From NCBI GenBank assembly GCA_003648635.1, contig QMPQ01000002.1, positions 1 to 58,978 on the forward strand: a stretch of 58,978 nt of DNA, read 5' to 3'. The stretch comes from Bacteroidota bacterium. GTDB taxonomy: Bacteria > Bacteroidota > Bacteroidia > Bacteroidales > GCA-2748055. A model generated the notes under the pieces. The model was not told where the DNA came from and ran no database searches. It was given only the letters and a program-made list of their open reading frames with translations. This document shows, piece by piece, positions 38,292 to 47,857 of the stretch. How positions within the stretch are numbered: position 1 is the first letter of the stretch; every line of letters starts with the position of its first letter. The translations under genes and the position numbers were made by a program.

Positions 38292-38693
38292 ATGTCGGTA
38301 GTTCGCTTTGGAGTATCATTTGAGAAGGACGTGCTGGATGCACTGGATGAATATGTACAGGAAAATAAATTTTCCAATCGCTCCCAGGCACTGCGTCAGC
38401 TGGTGAACCGCCACATAGTCGAGAAGAAATGGCAATGTAACAACCGGGTAGCCGGAGCGGTGACCCTGGTCTATGACCACCATAAGCGCGACATTGCCAA
38501 TCACCTGGGAGATATCCAGCTGCAGTACGCCGAAGAAATTCTTTCTGTACAGCGCTTTACCCTGAATGAACAGAATAGCATGGAGGTGATCGCTTTAAAC
38601 GGGATCTCCGCAAGGTTGACCGAACTGGCCGAGAAACTTATTTCTGAAAAGGGGATTCAGCACGGGAAACTGACCATGAGCAGATTTGATTAG
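38292..38693 (+). CDS. NikR-family (ribbon-helix-helix plus ACT-like domain) transcriptional regulator
   Basis: N-terminus VRFGVSFEKDVLDALDEYVQENKFSNRSQALRQLV is the RHH motif of NikR/CopG. The C-terminal half AVTLVYDHHKRDIANHL...MEVIALNG aligns by eye with the NikR metal-binding domain. 133 aa. Confidence 0.75.
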   Translation: MSVVRFGVSFEKDVLDALDEYVQENKFSNRSQALRQLVNRHIVEKKWQCNNRVAGAVTLVYDHHKRDIANHLGDIQLQYAEEILSVQRFTLNEQNSMEVIALNGISARLTELAEKLISEKGIQHGKLTMSRFD

Positions 38694-38695
38694 AG

Positions 38696-39517
38696 ATGGA
38701 AGCAATGAAAAAAGATACAGAAGTAAAGTTGTTAAAGCTTGAGATGTGGTTTAAGGAACAGCCCGGATCCATCGTGGCATTCTCAGGGGGGATCGATTCC
38801 TCGTTGCTGCTCTTTCTGGCCAGGAAATGGCAGGGAAGACAAGCAGCCATAGGAGTGATTTCCGATTCTGAAAGTCTGAAAAGAAAGGATTTCCAGCTGG
38901 CACATTCCTTTTGCAAGCAATTTGATATCATCCTGGAGGTCATCCAAACCAAGGAACTAGAGGATGACAGATATAATCAGAACCCGGTGGACCGCTGCTA
39001 TTTTTGCAAGGATCATCTCTATACCGATCTGCAGGCCATCAGTAAAAAGTATCCGGGTTTTCCAGTGTTAAATGGTACCAATGCAGATGATTATGGGGAT
39101 TATCGCCCGGGTATGAAAGCGGCCACGGAATATGAGGTGCACGCTCCATTGGCAGATTGCAACATTAACAAGGAGGAAATCAGGGAAATTGCCAAACACT
39201 TTGAACTTCCCAACTGGAATAAACCGGCCAGTCCCTGCCTTAGCTCCAGAATACCCTACGCCCATTCTATTACAAAGAAAAAACTGGTTGAGATTGAAGA
39301 AGCGGAGAATTTGCTGAATAGTTTTGGATTTGAGGATGTGCGGGTGCGCCACTATGGCGATCATGGAAAAATAGAAGTCCGAAGCGAAGAGGTCCCCAGG
39401 CTGCTGGAGATGAAGGCCTCAGTGGTGGAGAAGATCCGGGAGATTGGATTCCCCGAAGTGGTGATTGATGAGGAAGGACTCGTCAGTGGAAAGTTAAATC
39501 GGCAAATCGGCAAATAG
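38696..39517 (+). CDS. larE: LarE, ATP-dependent sulfur transferase for nickel-pincer nucleotide cofactor synthesis (PP-loop ATPase)
   Basis: PP-loop AFSGGIDSSLL. PASPCLSSRIPY carries the Cys equivalent to the LarE active-site Cys. 273 aa. The gene starts 2 nt after the nikR-like stop. Confidence 0.8.
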   Translation: MEAMKKDTEVKLLKLEMWFKEQPGSIVAFSGGIDSSLLLFLARKWQGRQAAIGVISDSESLKRKDFQLAHSFCKQFDIILEVIQTKELEDDRYNQNPVDRCYFCKDHLYTDLQAISKKYPGFPVLNGTNADDYGDYRPGMKAATEYEVHAPLADCNINKEEIREIAKHFELPNWNKPASPCLSSRIPYAHSITKKKLVEIEEAENLLNSFGFEDVRVRHYGDHGKIEVRSEEVPRLLEMKASVVEKIREIGFPEVVIDEEGLVSGKLNRQIGK

Positions 39518-39518
39518 T

Positions 39519-40694
39519 ATGAAGCGGATTTTATATTACGATTGTTTTGCGGGGATCAGCGGTGATATGAACCTGGGGGCCCTGGTGGATCTGGGTGTGG
39601 ATGCCGGACATCTGGAGAGGGAACTTGGAAAGCTGAATATTGAAGGCTTCCGCCTGGAGGTGAAAGCCGATATGCGTAAGGGGATCAGCGGTACTAAGGT
39701 GACTGTTGTGGTCGATCATCCCGAGAATGAGAAACACAGGCACCTCAGTCATATTGAAGAACTGATAAATGGAAGCTCTCTTTCAGATTCCATCAAAGCA
39801 AAATCACTGGCCATATTTGACCTGGTGGCTGAGGCTGAGGCCAAGGTCCACAATATATCCAAAGAGAAGGTTCATTTTCACGAGGTGGGAGCGCTGGACT
39901 CCATCGCCGACATTGTTGGGGCAGCCATCTGCCAGGAGTACCTGGAGGTGGATGAGATTCAAGCCTCCCCGGTTCAGCTTGGTGGTGGATTCGTAAAATG
40001 CGCCCATGGAATGATGCCTGTTCCGGCTCCTGCCACAGCAGAGATTGTGGCTGAAATTCCTGTGAAAACCGGACTGGTGGATTATGAGGCAACTACTCCC
40101 ACCGGAGCTGCAATTCTTGCAGCCACTGTGGATCGCTTCGAGTCCCGCATGGAACTGGTGGTACTTAAAACCGGGTATGGTATCGGACAGCGCGATGGGG
40201 AGATCCCCAATGTGCTTCGGGTTTACCTGGCTGAGGGCAGTAAACGAGTGCCTGAGGATGTAGAAGAGGAGGAGGCTGTAATGCTGGAATGTAATCTGGA
40301 TGATATGAATCCCGAACGGTATACCCACGTAATGGACCTGTTGTTTGAGGCAGGTGCAGCCGATGTATTTATAATCCCGATAGTGATGAAAAAGTCAAGG
40401 CCCGGCCACATGCTGAGCGTGCTTTGCAGCAGCGATTCGGTAGACAAGATGAAGGAGATCCTCTTTACAGAAACTTCCAGCATTGGCTTAAGGGAGCACA
40501 CCCTGAAAAAAAGCATGCTAAGAAGGGAGATGGTCGTGGTAAGCACAAAGTACGGAGAGATTGAGGTGAAGCGCAGTTATTTCAATGGAAAAGTAGTCAA
40601 TGAAAAACCGGAATTTGAGCAGTGCCGTAAATTGGCCAGGGAACATGGAGTCACACTGGAAGAGATCTCAAATGAGGTAACAAAGAAATTGTAA
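39519..40694 (+). CDS. larC: LarC, nickel insertion (cyclometallase) protein, DUF111 family
   Basis: N-terminus ILYYDCFAGISGDMNLGALVDLGV is the hallmark of LarC/DUF111. It is a single uninterrupted 391-aa ORF and starts 1 nt after the larE stop. Confidence 0.85.
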   Translation: MKRILYYDCFAGISGDMNLGALVDLGVDAGHLERELGKLNIEGFRLEVKADMRKGISGTKVTVVVDHPENEKHRHLSHIEELINGSSLSDSIKAKSLAIFDLVAEAEAKVHNISKEKVHFHEVGALDSIADIVGAAICQEYLEVDEIQASPVQLGGGFVKCAHGMMPVPAPATAEIVAEIPVKTGLVDYEATTPTGAAILAATVDRFESRMELVVLKTGYGIGQRDGEIPNVLRVYLAEGSKRVPEDVEEEEAVMLECNLDDMNPERYTHVMDLLFEAGAADVFIIPIVMKKSRPGHMLSVLCSSDSVDKMKEILFTETSSIGLREHTLKKSMLRREMVVVSTKYGEIEVKRSYFNGKVVNEKPEFEQCRKLAREHGVTLEEISNEVTKKL

Positions 40695-41437
40695 TGGATA
40701 AAGCAGAAATTATCAGGCTCCTGGAGCTCTACAGCAAGGGTGAACTGAAACTGGAAGAGACAGCTGCTAAGCTCTCATCGGGCGGACTGGAAGAGATGGG
40801 TTTTGCCACCCTTGACACAGATCGCCACAGGAGGACGGGGATCCCGGAGGTGATCTATTCTGAAGGGAAAACAGCACAACAGCTGGCAGAGATTGCTGGC
40901 CGACTGCATGCCAGGGGAATCCCCATCCTGGCCACAAGGGCAACACGGGAGAAATATGAAGCAGTTCTGGAGCAGGTACCCGGAGCCATTTATCATGAGC
41001 TGGCCAGGGCCATTGTTTATCAAGCTGAAGAGAAAGCTATTCCTGAGAAATATATAGCTGTGGTTTCTGCGGGTACCTCCGATATGCCTGTTTCGGAGGA
41101 GGCTGCAGTAACAGCAGAGTTCCTGGGTAGCCGGGTGGAACGCATCTATGATGTGGGCGTTGCCGGCATCCACAGGCTCTTTAACAGAATGGATATAATC
41201 AGTAATGCAGCCGTAATAATTGTAGTGGCCGGTATGGAAGGTGCACTTGCCAGTGTAGTGGGGGGACTTGTAGATATACCAGTGATAGGTGTTCCCTGTA
41301 GTGCTGGATATGGGGCCAATTTTGGAGGAGTATCGGCGCTGCTTGCCATGCTCAACAGCTGTGCTGCAGGTGTTAGTGTGGTAAACATAGACAATGGGTT
41401 TGGAGCAGCATGCCAGGCCTACCTGATTGCGAAATAA
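40694..41437 (+). CDS. larB: LarB, NaAD carboxylase/hydrolase (PurE-like) of the nickel-pincer pathway
   Basis: VSAGTSDMPVSEEAAVTAEFLG, DVGVAGIHRL, VVAGMEGALASVVGGLV and NIDNGFGA are PurE-like LarB blocks. The ATG overlaps the larC TAA (TAATG). Confidence 0.85.
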   Translation: MDKAEIIRLLELYSKGELKLEETAAKLSSGGLEEMGFATLDTDRHRRTGIPEVIYSEGKTAQQLAEIAGRLHARGIPILATRATREKYEAVLEQVPGAIYHELARAIVYQAEEKAIPEKYIAVVSAGTSDMPVSEEAAVTAEFLGSRVERIYDVGVAGIHRLFNRMDIISNAAVIIVVAGMEGALASVVGGLVDIPVIGVPCSAGYGANFGGVSALLAMLNSCAAGVSVVNIDNGFGAACQAYLIAK

Positions 41438-41448
41438 TTATATATATC

Positions 41449-42153
41449 ATGAGTGAAATGATGGTACTTGTGCTGTCGGCAGCAAGCCTGGGGGTGATTC
41501 ACACCCTGCTGGGGCCCGACCACTATCTCCCTTTTATTGTATTGAGTAAGGCTCGCAAATGGACTCGTACCCGTACCCTCTGGATTACTTTTATTTCCGG
41601 GGTGGGTCATGTGGTTGGCTCTGTGGTACTGGGGATGATCGGGATCGCAATGGGTATCAGTCTGAGTAAACTGGAAGCCTTTGAAGCCAGCAGGGGTAGC
41701 CTGGTGGGCTGGATGCTTATCGCATTCGGAGTCTTATATACAGCATATGGTATTTTCAAATACATAAAACGTGGTGCTCACATGCATCTTCCTGCCTTTC
41801 TGCGGCCCAAGTTTATCCGGCACACAGACTTACATCTTGATGTGAAGGAGATTGAAGAGGATAAAGCGGGAAGGCTCACTCCATGGATTCTCTTTTTAAT
41901 CTTTGTGTTTGGCCCCTGCGAGGTATTGATTCCCATGCTGATCTATCCGGCAGCCAATCAGAGTGGCATGGGTATTTTCCTGGTTGCGCTCGTGTTTGGA
42001 ATTGCAACTGTAGGTACCATGATGCTGGTGGTATTCCTGGGTTATCAGGGCCTCTCCCTGGTGAGGTTTAAGGGGAGGGAGCATCAGCTCCACCTTTTTG
42101 CCGGGTTCATCATCCTGCTTGCAGGTGCAGGAATGCAGTTCATGGGATTGTAA
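41449..42153 (+). CDS. putative nickel/cobalt transporter (NicO/RcnA-like 6-TM protein)
   Basis: TM1 motif GVIHTLLGPDHYLP (compare HxxxPGH of NicO/RcnA), TM4 motif FGPCEVLIP (compare xPCPxA) and a His-rich loop RGAHMHLPAFLRPKFIRHTDLH. Start chosen at the ATG at 41449, after the larB stop. Confidence 0.55.
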   Translation: MSEMMVLVLSAASLGVIHTLLGPDHYLPFIVLSKARKWTRTRTLWITFISGVGHVVGSVVLGMIGIAMGISLSKLEAFEASRGSLVGWMLIAFGVLYTAYGIFKYIKRGAHMHLPAFLRPKFIRHTDLHLDVKEIEEDKAGRLTPWILFLIFVFGPCEVLIPMLIYPAANQSGMGIFLVALVFGIATVGTMMLVVFLGYQGLSLVRFKGREHQLHLFAGFIILLAGAGMQFMGL

Positions 42154-42175
42154 GTTTTTTCCTTTCTTTATACCT

Positions 42176-45100
42176 GTGAAAAGGGCAATAATTCTACTTA
42201 TATTCTTCCTGCTGCAACTCCAGAATGTTAAGGGTCAGGTGGATTTTCCTCTGGGATCATCATTCCGTTACCTGAAAGGAAAGGATGCCGCATCTCTGGC
42301 AGGCGACTGGATGAATCAGGGCTTTGATGACAGCTCCTGGAGCGAAGGATCTGCTCCTTTCTGGTATGGGGACGGGACAGCCGGGACAGTTCTGGATGAT
42401 ATGCAGAATAGCTACTCGGTGCTTTTCATACGCTCCACCTTTTCTGTTTTGAAAGCTGATTCCCTTGAAGACTTGATGGTGTTGGCAGATTTTGATGATG
42501 GTTTCGTGCTATGGATCAACGGGCGTAGGGTGCTGTCACGATATGCACCTGCTATACTATCACATGATGGCTTTGCCTCAGAATTGCATGAATCCGGAGC
42601 ATTTGAGAGTTTTAACCTGGAACCAGAAGACCTGGCATTGGTGGAGGGAGAGAATACGCTTGCACTCCAGGTCTTTAATTTCAGTTTGGAAAGCTCCGAC
42701 TTTCACATAAATTTAAGTTTGCGCGCTGAGGCCAAAGAGCCTATGCTTGTGGATACAACTGGGCTGATGTTCTCTCTGCCAGCAGGCTTTTATGAGGATC
42801 CCTTTGACCTTCAGATCATAACATCCGATCCCACATGGAACCTTAGGTATACCCTTGATGGAAGTAATCCACAGGTGTCAGAAACTGCTTTGAGCTCACC
42901 TGGTAGTGCTACCATTGTGATTGATCCCAACAGTAGTGCCGGCAGGCCTTTGACTCCGGCAGTGGTAGTCAGGGCCTCTGCAGAGCAAGCAGGTATCTTA
43001 CCTGCTGTTCCCGAGTCCAGGACGTATATCTTCCTGGATAAAGTCCTTACCCAGGCATATCCGGGTGGAGGATGGCCAAACTCCAGCATCAATGATCAGA
43101 TTATCGATTTGCCCATGGATAATAAAGTTGTGAATTCTGCTACCTACGCTTCCAGAATGCTTCCTTCACTGACTGATATCCCCTCTATTTCAGTGGTGAC
43201 TGATCTCGATCACCTTTTTGATGCACAGACAGGTATTTATGTAAATGCAATGGATCATGGACATGCCTGGGAACGTGAGTGCTCGGTAGAGCTCATACAC
43301 CCCGATGGAAACGGTGGCTTTGGGGTAAATGCTGGTTTGAGGATCAGGGGAGGATATAGCAGGCTTCCAAGATTTCCAAAACATGCTTTCAGACTATTTT
43401 TCCGGTCCGACTATGGAGATGCCAAGCTCTACTATCCTCTTTTTGAGGATGAAGGAGTGGATACCTTTGATAAAATTGACCTGCGTACGGCGCAAAATTA
43501 TGCATGGTCAAGCGGGGATGATCGCAATACTTTTTTGCGAGAGGTTTTCTCAAGGGATACCCAGCGTGATATGGGCAATCCCTATACCCGGAGCCGATAC
43601 TACCACCTTTATCTGAATGGTATGTATTGGGGCCTTTTTCAGACCCAGGAGCGGGCAGAAGCACGTTTTGCAGCGTCCTATTTTGGGGGCGATTCAGATG
43701 ATTATGATGTGATCAAGGTCAATACCGAATATTTCAGCTACAGCATTGAAGCCACTGATGGCAACACAGATGGGTGGTTTGAGCTGTACCAGATGTGTCT
43801 GAACAGCTTCGATAGTAACGAGAATTACTTTAAACTAGAGGGTAAGGATGCCAGTGGGAACCCGGTGAAGGGAGGTAAGATCTACCTGGATCTTGATAAC
43901 CTGATTGATTATATGATGATCATTTTTTATACGGGTAATTTTGATGCTCCAACTACCTCATTTGGGGACAACAAAGGTCCCAATAATTTCTATGCCATTG
44001 ACGATCGTACAGATTACTCCAGGGGCTATCAGTTTTTTGCCCATGATGCGGAACATACCATGTTTGTAGATGCATTCTGGCCTGCCAATGGTATTTTTGA
44101 GGATAGGGTAAACCTGGCAGACAGAACCGATGGAAGTCATATGGATGTTCACGATTTCCACTCTTTTCATCCCCAGTGGCTACACCATCTGCTGAGCTTT
44201 AATAAAGAATACAGGATGCGTTTCAAGGACCGCGCCCATCGTCATCTTAATGAAACCGGGGCCCTAAGCAGCGACAAGATGATAGATCGTCTGAATACAC
44301 GCGTTGAACAGATTGATAAAGCAATAATAGCTGAGTCGGCCCGCTGGGGAGATACAAAGACCGGTAGCTCGGTATATACACGGGATGAGCACTGGATTGC
44401 ACAGGTGGATGAGCTACGGAATGACTATTTTCCCCGTAGGGGAGGTATCCTTACGGGTCAATTGAGTCAGGCGGGTCTCTACTCTGATATTCCCCCCCCC
44501 TTAGCTTATCATGGCGACCAAGAGGTCAGCAACCAGGTGATTCACCTGGAGGGATTGTCCACCATCAGTCTCAGGAACAACAATGGGGAAGGCATGATCT
44601 TCTACACCATGAATGGCGAGGATCCCAGAATGGTGGGCGGCGGAATCTCTAAAGATGCTGTTTCTTCAAGTGATGGCTCTCTTCTGTTTAGAGTTCAGAC
44701 CTCGGAACATATTATAGCAAGGATTCGCATAGGAGAGGAGTGGAGTCCCCTTACGGAGTTTACCACACTGGTGGACGAAGAGGACTTTTCCGCATTGGTA
44801 CTTACCGAATTGAATTATCATCCCTGGGAACTGGTGCTGGAGGGGGATACATTTCCAAGTGCGGACCTGGAATTTATAGAATTTAAGAATATTGGCCCGT
44901 CTGCAATCAATCTGTCGGGTCTTATCCTTGATTCAGCTATCTACTATGAGTTTCCCATCAACGCAGTGCTGGCACCCGGGCAGTTTTACGTGATAGCTTC
45001 AAAGCCATCCTCCTTTTACAGGGCATACGGATTTGTGGCCTCGGGGAACTACAAAGGACATCTTTCCAATAGTGGAGAGGAGATTTTACTGACAGATAGT

Positions 45101-45556
45101 GAAGGAAACAGTCTGATCAATTTTACCTACTCGGACGATCTTCCCTGGCCCCAATATGCTGATGGCAGTGGTCATTCGCTTGTATCATACTCCCGTATCC
45201 CTGATGGAGATCCTTCAGACCCTGTCTACTGGAGGAATTCCGGATCCAAGTGGGGTTCTCCCTTTGCTGATGATTATTTTGCAAGTGCTGAGAATCCGAC
45301 TGAACCAGGAACGTTGTCCATCAGCTTATATCCAAATCCCAGTACGGGCACTATATATGTTGAGCTTCCGGCGAGTGAGGAAGCTCAGGAAGCCACTTTT
45401 AAACTCTACGGGATAAACGGGAACATGTTATTCCAGGAAACAATATCTGGCAGCAGCATGGTCAACATGGAAGGATTGAATCTTCCTTCAGGGCTCTACA
45501 TAGTACGTATCCACACAGCCTTACTGATACATACAGAGAAAATCATCCTCCGCTAG
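42176..45556 (+). CDS. large secreted CotH-kinase-family protein with lamin-tail domain and T9SS C-terminal sorting domain
   Basis: CotH core: FRLFFRSDYGDAKLYYPLFED, LREVFSRDTQRDMGNPYTRSRYYHLYLNGMYWGLFQTQERAE and YTGNFDAP...NNFYAI...FFAHDAEHTMF. Lamin-tail domain: LTELNYHP...EFIEFKNIG...LAPGQFYVIA. C-terminus SLYPNPSTGTIYVELP...GLYIVRI is a Por/T9SS CTD. The GTG at 42176 gives the signal peptide VKRAIILLIFFLLQLQNVKGQ. The in-frame ATG at 42098 would overlap the previous gene by 56 nt. Confidence 0.8.
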   Translation: MKRAIILLIFFLLQLQNVKGQVDFPLGSSFRYLKGKDAASLAGDWMNQGFDDSSWSEGSAPFWYGDGTAGTVLDDMQNSYSVLFIRSTFSVLKADSLEDLMVLADFDDGFVLWINGRRVLSRYAPAILSHDGFASELHESGAFESFNLEPEDLALVEGENTLALQVFNFSLESSDFHINLSLRAEAKEPMLVDTTGLMFSLPAGFYEDPFDLQIITSDPTWNLRYTLDGSNPQVSETALSSPGSATIVIDPNSSAGRPLTPAVVVRASAEQAGILPAVPESRTYIFLDKVLTQAYPGGGWPNSSINDQIIDLPMDNKVVNSATYASRMLPSLTDIPSISVVTDLDHLFDAQTGIYVNAMDHGHAWERECSVELIHPDGNGGFGVNAGLRIRGGYSRLPRFPKHAFRLFFRSDYGDAKLYYPLFEDEGVDTFDKIDLRTAQNYAWSSGDDRNTFLREVFSRDTQRDMGNPYTRSRYYHLYLNGMYWGLFQTQERAEARFAASYFGGDSDDYDVIKVNTEYFSYSIEATDGNTDGWFELYQMCLNSFDSNENYFKLEGKDASGNPVKGGKIYLDLDNLIDYMMIIFYTGNFDAPTTSFGDNKGPNNFYAIDDRTDYSRGYQFFAHDAEHTMFVDAFWPANGIFEDRVNLADRTDGSHMDVHDFHSFHPQWLHHLLSFNKEYRMRFKDRAHRHLNETGALSSDKMIDRLNTRVEQIDKAIIAESARWGDTKTGSSVYTRDEHWIAQVDELRNDYFPRRGGILTGQLSQAGLYSDIPPPLAYHGDQEVSNQVIHLEGLSTISLRNNNGEGMIFYTMNGEDPRMVGGGISKDAVSSSDGSLLFRVQTSEHIIARIRIGEEWSPLTEFTTLVDEEDFSALVLTELNYHPWELVLEGDTFPSADLEFIEFKNIGPSAINLSGLILDSAIYYEFPINAVLAPGQFYVIASKPSSFYRAYGFVASGNYKGHLSNSGEEILLTDSEGNSLINFTYSDDLPWPQYADGSGHSLVSYSRIPDGDPSDPVYWRNSGSKWGSPFADDYFASAENPTEPGTLSISLYPNPSTGTIYVELPASEEAQEATFKLYGINGNMLFQETISGSSMVNMEGLNLPSGLYIVRIHTALLIHTEKIILR

Positions 45557-45594
45557 GAACTCTCTGACACGAAAAATGAACTGGTCAACAGTTA

Positions 45595-46884
45595 TCAGTC
45601 TCCGACAATCTTGTAAAGATACTCACTTGTTCGCATCAGAATAGCTCCACCGGTAAGTGCAGGGGTGGCCCAGATTTCACCTTTCAGCATATTTTTGGCT
45701 ACCAGTTCTGGTTCAGGTCCTGCCCTGTATACAAAGGTCTCTCCCCGGATGGAACTGATATAGAGGAGCCCGTTGGCGTAGATGGGAGAGGAGTGGTACT
45801 TGCCTTTCAAATTCTCGGACCAATTCACCTCTCCGGTCTTTGCATCCAAACAATAAAAAACACCCTTTGCATCGACTGTATAAAGCAAGCCATTAACATA
45901 AACAGGGGTGGAGAGTTGAAGGATGGGCGCCTTCATTCGCCAGCGAATATGAGTTTTTCCAATATCCCCGGCTCCATCCGGATCAACAGCAAATAGCTCT
46001 GCATACTTCTTGCCATCTTCTCCAGTTACAAAGCTGGTGTAGAAAAAGACCAGACCATCACCCTCCACCGGCATGGAAATGGTGGAGTCGTCCCCCTGGG
46101 AAACACGCCAAACCTCTATACCTGTAAGAGGATCGTAGGCAATACAGACCGTTGAGCCATTGCTGATTAAAAGATCACGGCCCTTTACGTTCACAATGAT
46201 AGGGGTGACAAAAGCTTTCTTCCCGATGGGTGCCATGAGGTCGTAGAGCTCAGCGGGTCGTTCTGCGATCCAGATGGTCTTCCCGGTAAGTTTGTCCAGT
46301 GCCAGGATTTGTTGATGATCGGTCCCCTCCAGATGAACAATCAGTTTATCCTTATAGATCATCAGCGAGGAGCCGGGACCCTGGATGTGTTCGCACTGCA
46401 GGTCTGTGCGTTCCCATTTTGTTTCACCGGTGCTGGTGTTAAGACAGGAGGTGCCGTATCGGCCGAAATGGAGATATATAAATTCTTCCTCTATGGCCGG
46501 CGTGGGGGTTGCATAGCTGTTGATGGCATGTATTCGGTAGAGCTTCTCCGGATGAAAGATAAGTCGGTCATGAAGTGTAAGCCCGGTCTCCAGATCCACA
46601 CAAAGAGCACGCATCTCCCTGCTCTCCTGATTTGCAGTGGTGAACCATACCTGCTTGCCAAAGATTACCGGGGAGGACCATCCTTTTCCGGATTCCGGGA
46701 CCTTCCATGCGATATTCGCAGAGTCGTTCCAGGTGGAAGGAAATCCCTTTTCGGTGGAGATCCCATTCAGGTCAGATCCCCGAAAGTGGGTCCACGAACC
46801 AGGCTCCTGTGACCAGAGTAGGCCTGAAACCAGTAAAATGCTTAACAGCGAGATGATGATCCTTTTATTCTTCAAATGCAGCAT
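45595..46884 (-). CDS. PQQ-like (BamB-type) beta-propeller repeat protein, secreted
   Basis: Repeated G(K/E)xxW blades ([40 protein letters not shown]). Signal peptide from the ATG at 46884 ([21 protein letters not shown]). This start overlaps the upstream gene by 20 nt. Confidence 0.7.
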   Translation of the reverse strand: MLHLKNKRIIISLLSILLVSGLLWSQEPGSWTHFRGSDLNGISTEKGFPSTWNDSANIAWKVPESGKGWSSPVIFGKQVWFTTANQESREMRALCVDLETGLTLHDRLIFHPEKLYRIHAINSYATPTPAIEEEFIYLHFGRYGTSCLNTSTGETKWERTDLQCEHIQGPGSSLMIYKDKLIVHLEGTDHQQILALDKLTGKTIWIAERPAELYDLMAPIGKKAFVTPIIVNVKGRDLLISNGSTVCIAYDPLTGIEVWRVSQGDDSTISMPVEGDGLVFFYTSFVTGEDGKKYAELFAVDPDGAGDIGKTHIRWRMKAPILQLSTPVYVNGLLYTVDAKGVFYCLDAKTGEVNWSENLKGKYHSSPIYANGLLYISSIRGETFVYRAGPEPELVAKNMLKGEIWATPALTGGAILMRTSEYLYKIVGD

Positions 46885-47857
46885 CAAAATCAATATTAGA
46901 GGGTGGAAAATCAACTTTCTTTACAAATTCAGCAGCTTCATCTGCACCATGCTCCCGGTCCATTCCACCGTCTTCCCATTCTACAGACAGGGGCCCCTTG
47001 TAGCCTATGCGGTTTAGTGCCCTGATAATCTCCTCAAAGTTGATCTTCCCATGTCCAAGGGAGCGGAAGTCCCAGTACCTGCCCGGGGTGCCAAACTCGG
47101 TATGTCCTCCGAAAACTCCTGCTTCCACTGGTACATCGGACCAATAAACATCTTTCATATGTACATGGAAGATCCGCTCGCTGAACCTGTTTATAAAGGC
47201 CACATAGTCGACTCCCTGGTAGCCCATGTGAGAAGGATCATAATTGAATCCAAAAGCCGGATGGTAGTCCAGAGCTTCCAGTGTTCTCTGTGCAGAGGCA
47301 ATATCAAAGGCTATTTCGGTAGGATGCACCTCCAGTGCAAATTTAACTCCCAGCTCCTGGTATCTGTCAAGAATGGGCTTCCATTGCTGTGCAAATTTCT
47401 CGAAACCCTCGTCGATCATAGAAGCAGGTGTTGGGGGAAAACCATAGAGCATGTGCCATATGGGGCTGCCTGTAAAACCATTAACTACTTTCACACCCAG
47501 GCGGGCAGCAGCCTCACCTGTTTTAATCACTTCCTCAGCAGCGCGTTTATTCACACCTTCGGGATCGCCATCTCCCCAGACATAATCAGGCAGGATAGCT
47601 TTATGACGTTCATCAATGCGGTCCGAAACAGCCTGTCCCACCAGGTGTGTAGAGATGGCAAACACTTTCAATCCGTATTTTCCAAGAAGTGCCAGCTTCT
47701 CATTGCAGTAGTGCTCATCGGCCTGGTCTACTTCAAAATGGTCCCCCCAGCAGGCCAGTTCGAGTCCGTCGTATGCAAAGATTTTTGCTTTTTCACAAAG
47801 AATTTCCAGGGGGAGATCGGCCCACTGGCCGGTGAATAAAGTAACTGGACGTGGCAT
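46865..47857 (-). CDS. sugar phosphate isomerase/epimerase (xylose isomerase-like TIM barrel)
   Basis: 330 aa. [25 protein letters not shown] and HVHMKD are typical AP_endonuc_2/TIM-barrel blocks. Confidence 0.75.
   Translation of the reverse strand: MPRPVTLFTGQWADLPLEILCEKAKIFAYDGLELACWGDHFEVDQADEHYCNEKLALLGKYGLKVFAISTHLVGQAVSDRIDERHKAILPDYVWGDGDPEGVNKRAAEEVIKTGEAAARLGVKVVNGFTGSPIWHMLYGFPPTPASMIDEGFEKFAQQWKPILDRYQELGVKFALEVHPTEIAFDIASAQRTLEALDYHPAFGFNYDPSHMGYQGVDYVAFINRFSERIFHVHMKDVYWSDVPVEAGVFGGHTEFGTPGRYWDFRSLGHGKINFEEIIRALNRIGYKGPLSVEWEDGGMDREHGADEAAEFVKKVDFPPSNIDFDAAFEE

Noticed and set aside
42098-42175. ATG at 42098 as the start of the CotH protein
   Set aside because: It would overlap the transporter gene by 56 nt and would place 26 non-signal residues (MPGSSSCLQVQECSSWDC...) ahead of a clear signal peptide. 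The GTG at 42176 is preferred, but this is unproven.
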